Source: a virus. From it: a stretch of 64,000 nt of DNA. Of the stretch, positions 1 through 9,779 are shown piece by piece (positions within the stretch are counted from its first letter, which is position 1; the number at the start of each line of letters is the position of its first letter). The notes beneath the pieces were generated by a model. That model saw only the letters and a program-made list of their open reading frames with translations. It did not search any database and had not been told where the DNA came from. Made by a program: the position numbers and the translations under genes. The DNA is taken from positions 3,278 through 67,277 of IMG/VR virus record IMGVR_UViG_3300009514_000021; one strand, written 5' to 3'.

Positions 1-1
1 C

Positions 2-742
2 CAGACCAAGGGTGGGTGGGTCGAGCAGCACTGGGGAGAGGGCGTCCGGAACCTCACCTTCGACGCAGCCACAGGTGGTTTCAAGCGCCTGTACTCCGGT
101 CTGTCGAACATCACCGGTGGCGGCTACGACGCTGGCGGCACCCGCCGCCAGACCATCGCCTACGACAAGTACCTCAACCTGCTCGCGATGTTCCTCAACA
201 ACGGCGCCATCCGCGGAGACACCGGTCAGATCGCTTTCCAGGGTATGATCAAGGTGACCTTCGACGGCGGGGTGTACTTCGGGTGGTTCGGGAGCTTCAA
301 CGTCGAGGAAGGCGCCGACAACCCCTACCAGTTCACCCTGTCGACCGACTTCACCATCTCCCACGAGATCCTTCGCCTCCGATCTGGCCCGCTTACCGAG
401 GGGGACTTCATCGACCCGCGGTCACCCGAGCTGAGGGCGCGCCAGGCCGAGCAGGCTGCCCTTGCCAAAGACGCTGAGCCCGCGGGCTCCGCCACAGCGG
501 AGAGGCGCGCTGGGGCCACGAAACCGACGATGCGGTTCTCCCAATCGGAGCAGTCGTCCAACGTCCAGCCGCCCAAGACGCCGGCGGCGACCTCACCACC
601 GACGAGCAGTCCGAGTGGCACGGTGACACCCAAGGCCCCACCAGGCACTCGAGCGTTCCTGGAGGGCCTCTCGGCCTTCGGTCCGGATGTTCTGGAGCCA
701 ATCGACATCGAGAGCTTCCGTGGCTCGTCTGTTCCCCCGTAG
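2..742 (+). CDS. Partial (5'-truncated) tail tube initiator / baseplate hub-associated protein, paralogue of 752..2146
   Basis: The frame of ORF 188..742 is open back to base 2 (QTKGGWVEQHWGEGVRNLTF...RRQTIAYDKYLNLLAMFLNNG...YFGWFGSF). It aligns by eye with TRFGYVFQAWGEE...RRDSAAWQNTMALFHFYKNNG...YFGHFESF of the next gene. Pro/Thr-rich tail; sits just upstream of hub and spike genes. Confidence 0.6.
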   Translation, partial: QTKGGWVEQHWGEGVRNLTFDAATGGFKRLYSGLSNITGGGYDAGGTRRQTIAYDKYLNLLAMFLNNGAIRGDTGQIAFQGMIKVTFDGGVYFGWFGSFNVEEGADNPYQFTLSTDFTISHEILRLRSGPLTEGDFIDPRSPELRARQAEQAALAKDAEPAGSATAERRAGATKPTMRFSQSEQSSNVQPPKTPAATSPPTSSPSGTVTPKAPPGTRAFLEGLSAFGPDVLEPIDIESFRGSSVPP

Positions 743-751
743 GAGGTCTGA

Positions 752-2146
752 ATGACAATCAGCATCCCCGAAGGTGGGCGCGCCCGCGCTGGCAACCCTG
801 GCGCTGCGGAAGCCAACGACCTGTCCTTGCAGGTCAGCAGGTTCATCGCAAAGCCGGCCTCGGCGGCCGCGTACAGCCAGTCGGCCGTCGGCCCAGAGAC
901 GACTGTCGAGATCGAACCCTCCCAGCACCCGGGTGTCGACGGGTCCAACAAACTCCTGCGCTCGCTGTCGCCGTTCGTCATCCGTCTCGAGCCGCCCTTG
1001 GTGTACGCCTCACACCCTGCGGCCCTGGATAAGGCCAAGACCAACGTCAATCCCGGCATCTACGACTCGGCGGCCAAGTCCGCGGGACGGGATGGGTTCT
1101 TCAGCGCTCGAGCTGCTCTGGGCAACACGGAGTTCGCGACAGCCAACTTCAACGGCCGCACCCCCGAGGAGTTCGTGGCCTCCAGCTCGGGCCGACGCTT
1201 CACCCGGGACTCCCCGGGCGCGTCCCGGGACAACGAGGGAGCCTCGTCCGGCAACTTCGGCAAGCCGACCATCGCCGACCTGTACCAGGCGATCGACATC
1301 GCGACCCAGCTCAACACCATCCTGAAAACCCCGCCCCTGGTACTGCTCATCAACCCGCAGACGCTGTCGATGAGCCGGGTGAAGATTCAGCAGTTCCAGG
1401 AGCGGACGCGGTTTGGTTACGTGTTCCAGGCCTGGGGTGAGGAGCAGCCCAAACTCAGCATCCAGGTCCGGTGCGGCGCCTTCTACTCTGCCGGGCGTGG
1501 CCTCCAGTTCGCCAGCCGTCGGGACTCAGCTGCCTGGCAGAACACGATGGCGCTGTTCCACTTCTACAAGAACAACGGTTACTTGTACGACACCATAGGC
1601 AAGTCCAACGCGCACCACTTCGTCGGTGCGATCTCCATCCACTACGACGGTTGGTCGTATTTCGGACACTTCGAGTCGTTCACCTTCGGCCTCGACGACA
1701 CCAACGTCCACGGCGGCGTCAACTTCGACATGGAGTTCACGGTGTCTCGGATGGTCGACCACGACGAGCCCGTGGCCCCCGATGGCGAACTGGGTGTGGT
1801 CCGTCCTCTCAACTCGCCCATCCCGAACCCCAACGACCCCCGGTTCCGCGGGCCGAGTTCCCGGGCGGTGAACCCGGCCGGCGAGTTCCGTGTCGGCATC
1901 CAGGAAAGCAGCGTGGTCCTGTTCGAACAAGGCAACGTGGTCGCAGGAGGCGCGGAGGCGTCCCGTATACGCTCTCCAGACCCGGAGGTGAGCCCACCAC
2001 CGCCCCCGATCTTCCAAGGCAGTACAGGGGCGCCAGAGCTGCCCGTGGGAGGCTCTGGGTTCCGCACACCCGACGAACCTGTCGCCGATCCCCAGGCAGC
2101 TGCCGCCGCCGCGGCGACTCCACCACCCTCACCTTTCGGAGTGTGA
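752..2146 (+). CDS. Putative tail tube initiator / baseplate tube-cap protein (gpU / gp48-gp54-like fold), 464 aa
   Basis: AGGAGG at 741-746 precedes the ATG. Core LLINPQTLS...QAWGEE...YFGHFESFTF...VNFDMEFTV resembles tube-fold initiator proteins. Position before the hub fits. Confidence 0.6.
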   Translation: MTISIPEGGRARAGNPGAAEANDLSLQVSRFIAKPASAAAYSQSAVGPETTVEIEPSQHPGVDGSNKLLRSLSPFVIRLEPPLVYASHPAALDKAKTNVNPGIYDSAAKSAGRDGFFSARAALGNTEFATANFNGRTPEEFVASSSGRRFTRDSPGASRDNEGASSGNFGKPTIADLYQAIDIATQLNTILKTPPLVLLINPQTLSMSRVKIQQFQERTRFGYVFQAWGEEQPKLSIQVRCGAFYSAGRGLQFASRRDSAAWQNTMALFHFYKNNGYLYDTIGKSNAHHFVGAISIHYDGWSYFGHFESFTFGLDDTNVHGGVNFDMEFTVSRMVDHDEPVAPDGELGVVRPLNSPIPNPNDPRFRGPSSRAVNPAGEFRVGIQESSVVLFEQGNVVAGGAEASRIRSPDPEVSPPPPPIFQGSTGAPELPVGGSGFRTPDEPVADPQAAAAAAATPPPSPFGV

Positions 2147-2147
2147 C

Positions 2148-5100
2148 TTGGGTCTAGAGCACCGGCCATTCATCGGAACGTTCCAGCTCAACAAGACGCA
2201 GCTGGTGCAGCATACGCCGGACGGCCTCGTCTACGTGAACGGGGACACTTCGCTTCCGGGATGCCCAAAGTGCAACGGCCGGATCGACATCCAGAAGTTC
2301 ATCACGGAAATCAGTGTCGACACCGGCGTCACGGCTGGCGAGGCCTCGGCCTCGATGAGCATCTCCATCCCGCTTCACCACGTTGATTCGTTCGCGCGCG
2401 ACGCCCAGTACATCCTTCGGCCGGGGCTCGAGGTCCACGTCTATCTCCGTGGCTACTTCCCGGTCAACGGTATGTACGGCAACCTCGCGGAGTCCCGGGA
2501 CAGGCAGGTGACCGAGCGGATCGACTCGGAAGCCCTGGTCAGCGAGTTCGACCGCCTCAAGATCGAAAACCCCGCCAAGAGCAACCGGGCCTACAAGAGG
2601 CAGCTCGACGCGCTGTTCAAGGAAAACAAAAGGGATCTGCGGAATCGGTTCACGACCCGACGAATGCTCGCCATCGTTCAAGCGGCCGCGGACTATTACA
2701 AAATCCCGCCGGAGTGGATCTACGGGACCATGCTGCTGGAGGCCAGCGCCGACAACGGGCGCACCTCCATCCCGGTAGGTACCTCGCCCATCTCGAAGTT
2801 CCCGGGCGACACGGGAATAGGCGTTCTCCAGACCATTCGCTCGCGGCACCGCACCAACACCAATCGTTACAACAGGTACGCCCGAAAGCACGGGTTCCCG
2901 AGCGTCTGGTGGGAGCATTCCCAGCTGGCTGACCCTCGGTTGGCCATCTGGTCCAAAGCCGGTGATTTCGCGGTGCTTCAGTCGCGCCGGAAGAACCGCC
3001 TCCTCTACGGGGAGATTGGTGCCTTACAGATGGGCCGCATCCAGTACGCCGATCCCAGCCGTCTAGGGGTTGAGGATGGCGGCAAGGTGAAAGGTCTGAC
3101 TGCGGCGCAGCGCGCTCGGAGGCGGAAAACCCTAAAGCGGGTCGATAGCCGCGCAGGGTTCATGGCGCGGGCGCGGAAGCTCTTCAGGAAGGACCGATCT
3201 GGAGATCTCGAGGAAGGCGACAACGAGTTCCCCTCCGATCCGGCGCTGGCTCAGGACGACTTTGGGTTGCCCGAGGCTCCCCCGACAGCCCCTGACGTCC
3301 GTCTGGAGGACTTCGGGCTCGGGGAGTCAGGCCTTGAAGATGTCATGGCCTACCCGTACTACCACGTCTTCCACGGGGTGATGACCCAGGTCGACCACAG
3401 CTGGAGCGGCGGGTTCTTCAGCATCAGCGTGTCGGTCGCCTCGATGCTGCACTTCTGGCAGTACCACACGATGAGCACGAACGCGTCCCTGTTCGGCGCG
3501 CGAGCGGTCAACTCGGGGCTCAGGACCTCCCTGGTGGGCCACAACTTCACCGGGATGCACCCGTACGAGATTATCTACACGCTCCATCACGACATGGTCG
3601 GTGCCGCAGGCGGTGTGGGCGGCTACCTCAGTCAGAAAACCAACCAGACGGCCAAGACCGAGGTCCTGGGGGAGAGCCTGTTCTCCCTGAACGTCCGCTA
3701 CTGGAAACGACGGTTCCAGACCCGCATGACCAAGCTCCGAATGCACGGGGCCACAGGAGAGCTGTTCAGCACGGTCCAGGCCGCGTTCCTGGGGCGCACC
3801 GGGAGCAGCAAGCTCACCCGCCTGGTCAGGCAACGGTTCGCCGACCCCAGCGCCTCGAAGAACCTCAACAAGAAGATACTCCGTACGGCCCAGTTCATCG
3901 GCCTGTTCAAGAGGGAGCGCCTCTGCGCCCTACAGAAGCGCGGGGACGCCAGAGAGGCTACAGGACAGGAAGGCGCGACTCTCGACTCCTTGGTCCAGTC
4001 GATCAGGTCGAGGCCGGCACGCAGTGGCCGCCCACGGTTCGAAATCAACATCGTGGCGATGCAGGCTTTCGTGGCCAACATCGGCAACTTCGGCCAGGTG
4101 AACCTGTTCGAGTCGACCTACGAGTCCAAGCTCGACATCGCGCTAAAGGTCTGTGAGGTCACGGGATTCGAGTTTTACCAGGATGTCGACGGCGACTTCG
4201 TGTTCAAGCCGCCGATGTACAACCTCGACACCAGCTCGAGCCGCGTCTACCGCATCGAGGACATCGACATCATCTCGATCAGCTTCTCCGAAAAGGAGCC
4301 CGAGGTGACGTACATGACCGTCAAGAACGGTCACTTCAAGAACATGATCACCGGCGGCACCGAAAACGAGTGGGGCCACCGAGGTCAGTACATCGACTAT
4401 CGCCTGGTGGCCCAGTTCGGGTGGCGTCCTGGCAGCTACGAGACCAGCTATTTCAACGACCCCAAGAGCCTGTTCTTCTCTGCGGTCAACCGGATGGACG
4501 TCCTCAACGCCCCGGTCAACTCGGCCAACGTGGTCATCCCCCTGCGGCCAGAGCTGAGGCCTGGGTACCCCGTCTACATCCGGTACCTCGATTGCTTCTA
4601 TTACCTGCCGACTTTCTCGCACCAGTACAACGCCGGCGGGTCGTGCACGACGACGCTCCAGCTCACCGGGAAGCGGGCCAAGTTCTACGCGCCCGGTGAC
4701 CCGTCCAAGAACGGCATCGAGGCCATCGACCTGGCCAGTACCTTGCTCCCGCGACGTCCGTTGGAGGTCCTCGACGAGCTGGGGCGCCCTCGCCTGTCGG
4801 GTTTCCCCAACGTGGTCATGGCGCTCGACCCCACACGGGTCAACCCGCTGTTCTACATCGTGGGCTCCGATCTCGACAAAATCGACGACCCGCAAGTGCT
4901 CAACTCCATCGTTCAGCAGGCCGCCGACTTCGGCATCCTCAACCCGGTGGAGTTCAAAGGTAAAAAGGCCGTCGTCTACTCTTTCACCGCCACTGCGGGC
5001 ACCACCCCGGAGGGGCAGCCCAAGAAGGTCGAGTACCGTTTCTGGTTCGACCGTGTCGACATCGGGTCCGAGCCCATCGAAGCCGTCATGGCGCGTAACC

Positions 5101-7355
5101 GAGGGAACACCAAGACCAAGGGTGTCGGGATCGACCTGCGCAAGGCTTCCAAGCAGTACGCGAAAAGGGTCGCCAAGCTGTCAAAGACGTTCGCCGAGAA
5201 ACGGGCGGAGGCCAAAGAGGCGCAGGCGGAAATCAACACCGGGTTCTCGACTATTCGAGGCCTCAACGAGGCGGAGACCCCGACAGGCAAAGACGCGGCG
5301 ACCGCGATCAAGGAGGCCAAGAAGCAGAGAGAGGAGGCCAACAAATCGATCACGGCGGCGCGTAACAAGCAGCGCGCGCTGGAGAAACGGTTGGCCGGGG
5401 CCCAGCGAGACATCGACCGGAAGATTCGGGAGGGCAACCCCGGCATCGCCATCCTCCTGGAGCTGATCGAGGAGGTGGGGGAGCACTTCCGGAAGAAGCA
5501 CCCGGAGATCACCGACATCCAGAGCACCGCCAACCTGCTGGACATGCTCGCGGACAAGAAGGCCTCGTTCAGCAATGGTCAGCAGCCGGGAGCGTATCGC
5601 TATTACTCGGCTTCCCACCCCGACCCAGACCAGCAGGGACAGCCTCTCATCAACTATTTCAAGGCCCAGAGCACGGACCCCCAGGCGAAGAAGGGCAGCA
5701 AGTTCGTACGCACGACCAAGCCCTCTCTGGACGCAAGGTGGCGGGGGATCCGGGTGCCAGGGTACCTGCCGTCGCGGCAGGTGTCGTCGACAGATCCCAG
5801 CTCCATTCCCCCGGAAGCTCAGTTCGGCGAGGTCGAGGTCATCAATGGGATCCGGGTAGCGGTATCGAACCCGGGGACCCCTGACGGTGAGGTGCGCCCG
5901 ACCAGCGAGATCCGCGAGCTGATGTTCTCAGTCCAGACCTCCGACTTCCGCAAGAAGCGGACCTCGGTGCAAGACAAGGCCCAGATCGTCGGGCTCGATC
6001 AAGGTACTTTCGAGGCTCTCGCCCGGTTCTTCGTGGTCAGCGTCGGCTCGGATGTCGGGGATGAAACCCCTTCGGCGCTATACGAGGGTCCTCGATGGGA
6101 CAAGCTCAACGCCGCCATCACAGAGGCCAAGAAGGCTGCGGACGCCAAAGCTGGTGACACAACGCCGAAGTTCACCCTCCCGAAGTTCCCCAGTGTCATC
6201 GCCGTGAAAAAGGACAAGGTACGGAGTTCACGAAAGATTTCGACCATCAAGTCGAAGACTCCAGGCATCACCGCGCAGGCGATGGCGACAGCCATCGGGG
6301 CGGCAGTGTCTCGGGTGTACGGTAACCTGCTCGCCCGGTCGCTGAAGAGCTGGTACGACCGGATGAAAGCCAAGGCTGCGTTCATCGAGAAGTCCCGGGA
6401 CATTCTCCACACGTTTCTCACGACCTTCGGCGCGGAAGTGGGTGTCCCGCTTTCGGCTTTGTCAGGGGAGCGGACGACCAGGCAGACCCGACGGAAGGTC
6501 AAGTTCTACAGTCCCGTGTTCCCGGTATCCGACGCCCGGGGGTACGAGGTCATCGGCTCCTACCGCTACGGCCGCGACGTGGACATCGAGCCCGACGGAG
6601 TGTTCGACGTCCTGCTCAAGCAGGACCCCTTTACGGTGCTCGACAGTTACACGGCCGATCAGCTCGTGGACAACATCGTTTCGGGTCGAGGCGTGTCCAA
6701 CAAGGTAGAGGTCAAGAAGATCACCAAGAAGGGCAACGTCATCACGGACGAAGTCTCAGCCGTCAATCCCACGGCCCGGGCGGAGAGCGAGAAAAGGGTC
6801 TTGGGGATGCTCAAGCGGAACTTCACCGACGAGCAAATCATCAACCTCAAGGACGGAGGGCTGGTCCGCAACACCTCCGATCCCAACCAGCTCGAGTTCG
6901 GGCTCCGCAACTGGTTCGCCGAGGACTCCAAAGAGGGGGTTCACAAGCTCCCCATCAACAACGCGGCCTTCGCCTTGTCCGACCTCCAGCACCACACCCT
7001 GAAACGGGTGTGCGACTGCAAGGCGGCCGAGGCGGACCTGATTCTGGAAGCCTTCGGTCAGCAGGAGTTCGTCCAGTTCTCCACCCCGCGCAACCGTGAA
7101 CTGGGGAGCGAGAACGACAAGGCGACGCAATGGTTGGGAGCGGTCACGGCCCGCGCAGGGGTATCGTGGCAGAGGAACGAGGAGGCGCTTCGGGGTCAGG
7201 TCCTCGACCGCGCGGGCAGCGCTCTGGTGGAGTCGTTCAGCGACCCCATCGAGAAGTTCGGGTTCAGTCAGGTCGCGCGCCGCCAAGACCAGGCCCTCGA
7301 ACGTGTCGACCGGACCACACAACGCCTGGACGAGATCCTGGACGACGAGGAGTAG
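2148..7355 (+). CDS. Baseplate hub protein (T4 gp27 / Mu gp44-like) with inserted lytic transglycosylase-like domain, 1735 aa
   Basis: TTG start. Hub-type motifs VFHGVMTQV, GFEFYQDVDGDFVFKPPMYN, QFGWRP, LRPELRPGYPVY, TTTLQLT. SLT-like stretch AAADYYKIPPEWIYGTMLLEAS...GIGVLQ. Lys/Arg-rich coiled coil near 5130-5430. Directly precedes a gp5-like spike. Confidence 0.7.
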   Translation: MGLEHRPFIGTFQLNKTQLVQHTPDGLVYVNGDTSLPGCPKCNGRIDIQKFITEISVDTGVTAGEASASMSISIPLHHVDSFARDAQYILRPGLEVHVYLRGYFPVNGMYGNLAESRDRQVTERIDSEALVSEFDRLKIENPAKSNRAYKRQLDALFKENKRDLRNRFTTRRMLAIVQAAADYYKIPPEWIYGTMLLEASADNGRTSIPVGTSPISKFPGDTGIGVLQTIRSRHRTNTNRYNRYARKHGFPSVWWEHSQLADPRLAIWSKAGDFAVLQSRRKNRLLYGEIGALQMGRIQYADPSRLGVEDGGKVKGLTAAQRARRRKTLKRVDSRAGFMARARKLFRKDRSGDLEEGDNEFPSDPALAQDDFGLPEAPPTAPDVRLEDFGLGESGLEDVMAYPYYHVFHGVMTQVDHSWSGGFFSISVSVASMLHFWQYHTMSTNASLFGARAVNSGLRTSLVGHNFTGMHPYEIIYTLHHDMVGAAGGVGGYLSQKTNQTAKTEVLGESLFSLNVRYWKRRFQTRMTKLRMHGATGELFSTVQAAFLGRTGSSKLTRLVRQRFADPSASKNLNKKILRTAQFIGLFKRERLCALQKRGDAREATGQEGATLDSLVQSIRSRPARSGRPRFEINIVAMQAFVANIGNFGQVNLFESTYESKLDIALKVCEVTGFEFYQDVDGDFVFKPPMYNLDTSSSRVYRIEDIDIISISFSEKEPEVTYMTVKNGHFKNMITGGTENEWGHRGQYIDYRLVAQFGWRPGSYETSYFNDPKSLFFSAVNRMDVLNAPVNSANVVIPLRPELRPGYPVYIRYLDCFYYLPTFSHQYNAGGSCTTTLQLTGKRAKFYAPGDPSKNGIEAIDLASTLLPRRPLEVLDELGRPRLSGFPNVVMALDPTRVNPLFYIVGSDLDKIDDPQVLNSIVQQAADFGILNPVEFKGKKAVVYSFTATAGTTPEGQPKKVEYRFWFDRVDIGSEPIEAVMARNRGNTKTKGVGIDLRKASKQYAKRVAKLSKTFAEKRAEAKEAQAEINTGFSTIRGLNEAETPTGKDAATAIKEAKKQREEANKSITAARNKQRALEKRLAGAQRDIDRKIREGNPGIAILLELIEEVGEHFRKKHPEITDIQSTANLLDMLADKKASFSNGQQPGAYRYYSASHPDPDQQGQPLINYFKAQSTDPQAKKGSKFVRTTKPSLDARWRGIRVPGYLPSRQVSSTDPSSIPPEAQFGEVEVINGIRVAVSNPGTPDGEVRPTSEIRELMFSVQTSDFRKKRTSVQDKAQIVGLDQGTFEALARFFVVSVGSDVGDETPSALYEGPRWDKLNAAITEAKKAADAKAGDTTPKFTLPKFPSVIAVKKDKVRSSRKISTIKSKTPGITAQAMATAIGAAVSRVYGNLLARSLKSWYDRMKAKAAFIEKSRDILHTFLTTFGAEVGVPLSALSGERTTRQTRRKVKFYSPVFPVSDARGYEVIGSYRYGRDVDIEPDGVFDVLLKQDPFTVLDSYTADQLVDNIVSGRGVSNKVEVKKITKKGNVITDEVSAVNPTARAESEKRVLGMLKRNFTDEQIINLKDGGLVRNTSDPNQLEFGLRNWFAEDSKEGVHKLPINNAAFALSDLQHHTLKRVCDCKAAEADLILEAFGQQEFVQFSTPRNRELGSENDKATQWLGAVTARAGVSWQRNEEALRGQVLDRAGSALVESFSDPIEKFGFSQVARRQDQALERVDRTTQRLDEILDDEE

Positions 7356-9779
7356 ATGAAGTCTCCCTACCCACGCAAAGGGCTCGAGTGGTCAAGCCTC
7401 ATCGCCAAGGCTGGGCTCGCCAAGATGCACCCCGACCGCGGTGGGTACGTCGGCGTGGCTCGGGTGACACAAATCAACTACGTCGACTTCTTCGTGAAGC
7501 TCCGCGTGGTCATCGGCTCCCAGGACATCTTCGACCGCGTCCCTGTCCCCCTGGTGTTCCCGGGGGCCGGCACCCGGCACTTCCTCGGCTCGATGCCCGA
7601 GGTGGGCGACTACTGTGTGGTGACCTGGCAGCCCCAGGAGAGCGGTGCCGACAACAAGGGCACCAAGACGCCAGTCATTATCGGCTGGCTCCTCCCAGGC
7701 GTGTGGGCCGGCAAAGAGTGGATGACCACCCAGGGATACCCCGTCGACGAACACGACATGGGGAGCCAACACGACCGCGAGATCGTCCGTGGGGTGTACG
7801 ACCGCATCAGGCACAAGCTCCGCCACATGGAGCCCGGCAACATCGTCGCTTCGTCGGGGCAGGGCTCAGACCTGGTGTTGGACGAGGGTGTCCTGTTGGC
7901 CAACCGACGCTGCAACGAGCTGCGTCTGCGGGACCAGGACCAGGCCCTCGTTGTCCGCAGCCTCCAGCAGTTTCACGCGATGGCGGGTGCCCGCATCTAC
8001 AGTGGGATGGTTCAACGGGATGCGGCGACGCTCGCGACGACCATGGTCTCCGACGGGTTCGAGTGGGACGACGACCTCCAGACGGTCTTCAACGAGCCCG
8101 TGCCCGAGGGCGACCTCCTCCCGAGCGAAGAGCCCGAGGGGTTCCTCACCCCTGCGGATCCGCTCATGCGCGGCGAGAAGGAGTCCGTCGAGGGGTTCCT
8201 GGGCACTCCGCTGTTTGGTCTGCCGCCGAACCTCGACCCGTATGTGTTCCTTCGTCGAGGCGGGTTCATCGACGAGACCGGCTACGTCGTCGACGAGCGC
8301 CACAGGTCCAATGCTGTCTACGGTGGCAAGTCGATCTTCCGCGTTGCGAGCCAGAGCGCGGACAACACGACCATCAAGGCCGACGCGGACACGCTGACCG
8401 AGTGGCGTCTCGAGATGACCCACACGGCGGACGGTAGGTTACCGGTCACGGAACAAACGGACATGTTCGACGCCGAGCGCCTCCCCGCGGGCGATCCCGA
8501 CGTCAGCAGTCCGGTCAGCGGCAACCCCAACCGGCCGTTCCTCCAGTTCGTCTTGGGCAGCGTCGTCGGCAACGACCCTTTCTCGCAGGTCGGGAGAACC
8601 CAGTACGGGTTCCCCCTGGTCCCCATCATCTTCGATGGCAACCAGGCGTCGCCGCGTCTGGCCCCCGCGCGTCTCATCCAGGACCCGTCTTCGGCGGAGG
8701 CGCCGACGCCCATCGGAGAGCACGCGGCCAGCCTGTTCCAGATGTCCCCGCCGATCTCCGGCGGCGGTCCGGACACCTTCTGGTCGGTCAACAAGAAGGG
8801 GCAGCTCCGTATCTCGATCGGTGGGCCGGCGGCCGAGAACTCGGTGGAGGCTGCGCTCACAGGAGGTCTCAAGCTGTCGGTGGCGGGGTCGTTCGACTTC
8901 CTCCTCCGCGACAGCGTCCGGTTGGGGTCGGAGGCCGGCAACAGCTTCGACAACGTCGGCGCAGAAATCTTCAGCCGTCGGGGCGCCGTCCGCATCTTCG
9001 GCGGTGGGTCGGTCACTGGCGCCGAAGGTGTCCTCCAGCGTATCTCCGGTTCCGAGGAGGGGGAGAGCGACCTCCCCAGCGTGGATGTGCAGGCCCAGAC
9101 CAACCTGCGGCTCCAGGCTCAGAGGAAGGCCTTGATCAAGGGCTCCTCGGCCGAAATCAACGCGGCGCGAGTCGAGGTCAAGGGCCTCCAGGATGTCGTC
9201 ATCGGGTCGGCTGACCATGTCGGGATCCAGGGCAAGAAAATCGACATCTCTTCGGGCGGCAAGTGCACCTCCAGCTTCGGTGGGCCCGAGGACAACCTCC
9301 CGACCAACGCGCCGCTACACGAGGAGACCTACTCCCCGTCCATCCCGGGGCCGACGATCACGGTCCACAAGGTTTCCTACAACGGGGGCAGCAGGGAGGA
9401 GAAGTTCACCTCCGGCAACCACACGACCGAGATCACCGTCGGCAACATGACCTACAAGACGGCGGCGGGCACTTGGGAGGCTCAGGCGGGTGGGAACAAG
9501 CTGACCATGGGGGTGTCGTCTCTGGAGGCGCGTATCGTGGGTTCCGGCGGTATCCAGCTCAACGCGGACGCCGGCGCAGCGACCCTCAAAGGCCAGCTCT
9601 CAGTCCGGGTGGAGTCCAGCGCAGGCCCGGCGACCGTCGCCGGCACCTCGGTTATCCTCCAGGCCCCGGTGGACAACAACGCGGGCGGGATCGTCTGTGG
9701 TGGCTCCATCGACCCGCTCACAGGGAACCCGTTCAGCACCTTCGGCATCGGCGCGAAGAATCACATCGTGAGTGGATGA
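7356..9779 (+). CDS. Baseplate central spike (T4 gp5 / P2 gpV / VgrG C-terminal-like), 807 aa
   Basis: N-terminal OB-fold-type signature ARVTQINY...GSMPEVGDYCVVTW. C-terminal short Gly-punctuated beta-strand repeats typical of a trimeric beta-helix, ending IVCGGSIDPLTGNP. Confidence 0.75.
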   Translation: MKSPYPRKGLEWSSLIAKAGLAKMHPDRGGYVGVARVTQINYVDFFVKLRVVIGSQDIFDRVPVPLVFPGAGTRHFLGSMPEVGDYCVVTWQPQESGADNKGTKTPVIIGWLLPGVWAGKEWMTTQGYPVDEHDMGSQHDREIVRGVYDRIRHKLRHMEPGNIVASSGQGSDLVLDEGVLLANRRCNELRLRDQDQALVVRSLQQFHAMAGARIYSGMVQRDAATLATTMVSDGFEWDDDLQTVFNEPVPEGDLLPSEEPEGFLTPADPLMRGEKESVEGFLGTPLFGLPPNLDPYVFLRRGGFIDETGYVVDERHRSNAVYGGKSIFRVASQSADNTTIKADADTLTEWRLEMTHTADGRLPVTEQTDMFDAERLPAGDPDVSSPVSGNPNRPFLQFVLGSVVGNDPFSQVGRTQYGFPLVPIIFDGNQASPRLAPARLIQDPSSAEAPTPIGEHAASLFQMSPPISGGGPDTFWSVNKKGQLRISIGGPAAENSVEAALTGGLKLSVAGSFDFLLRDSVRLGSEAGNSFDNVGAEIFSRRGAVRIFGGGSVTGAEGVLQRISGSEEGESDLPSVDVQAQTNLRLQAQRKALIKGSSAEINAARVEVKGLQDVVIGSADHVGIQGKKIDISSGGKCTSSFGGPEDNLPTNAPLHEETYSPSIPGPTITVHKVSYNGGSREEKFTSGNHTTEITVGNMTYKTAAGTWEAQAGGNKLTMGVSSLEARIVGSGGIQLNADAGAATLKGQLSVRVESSAGPATVAGTSVILQAPVDNNAGGIVCGGSIDPLTGNPFSTFGIGAKNHIVSG

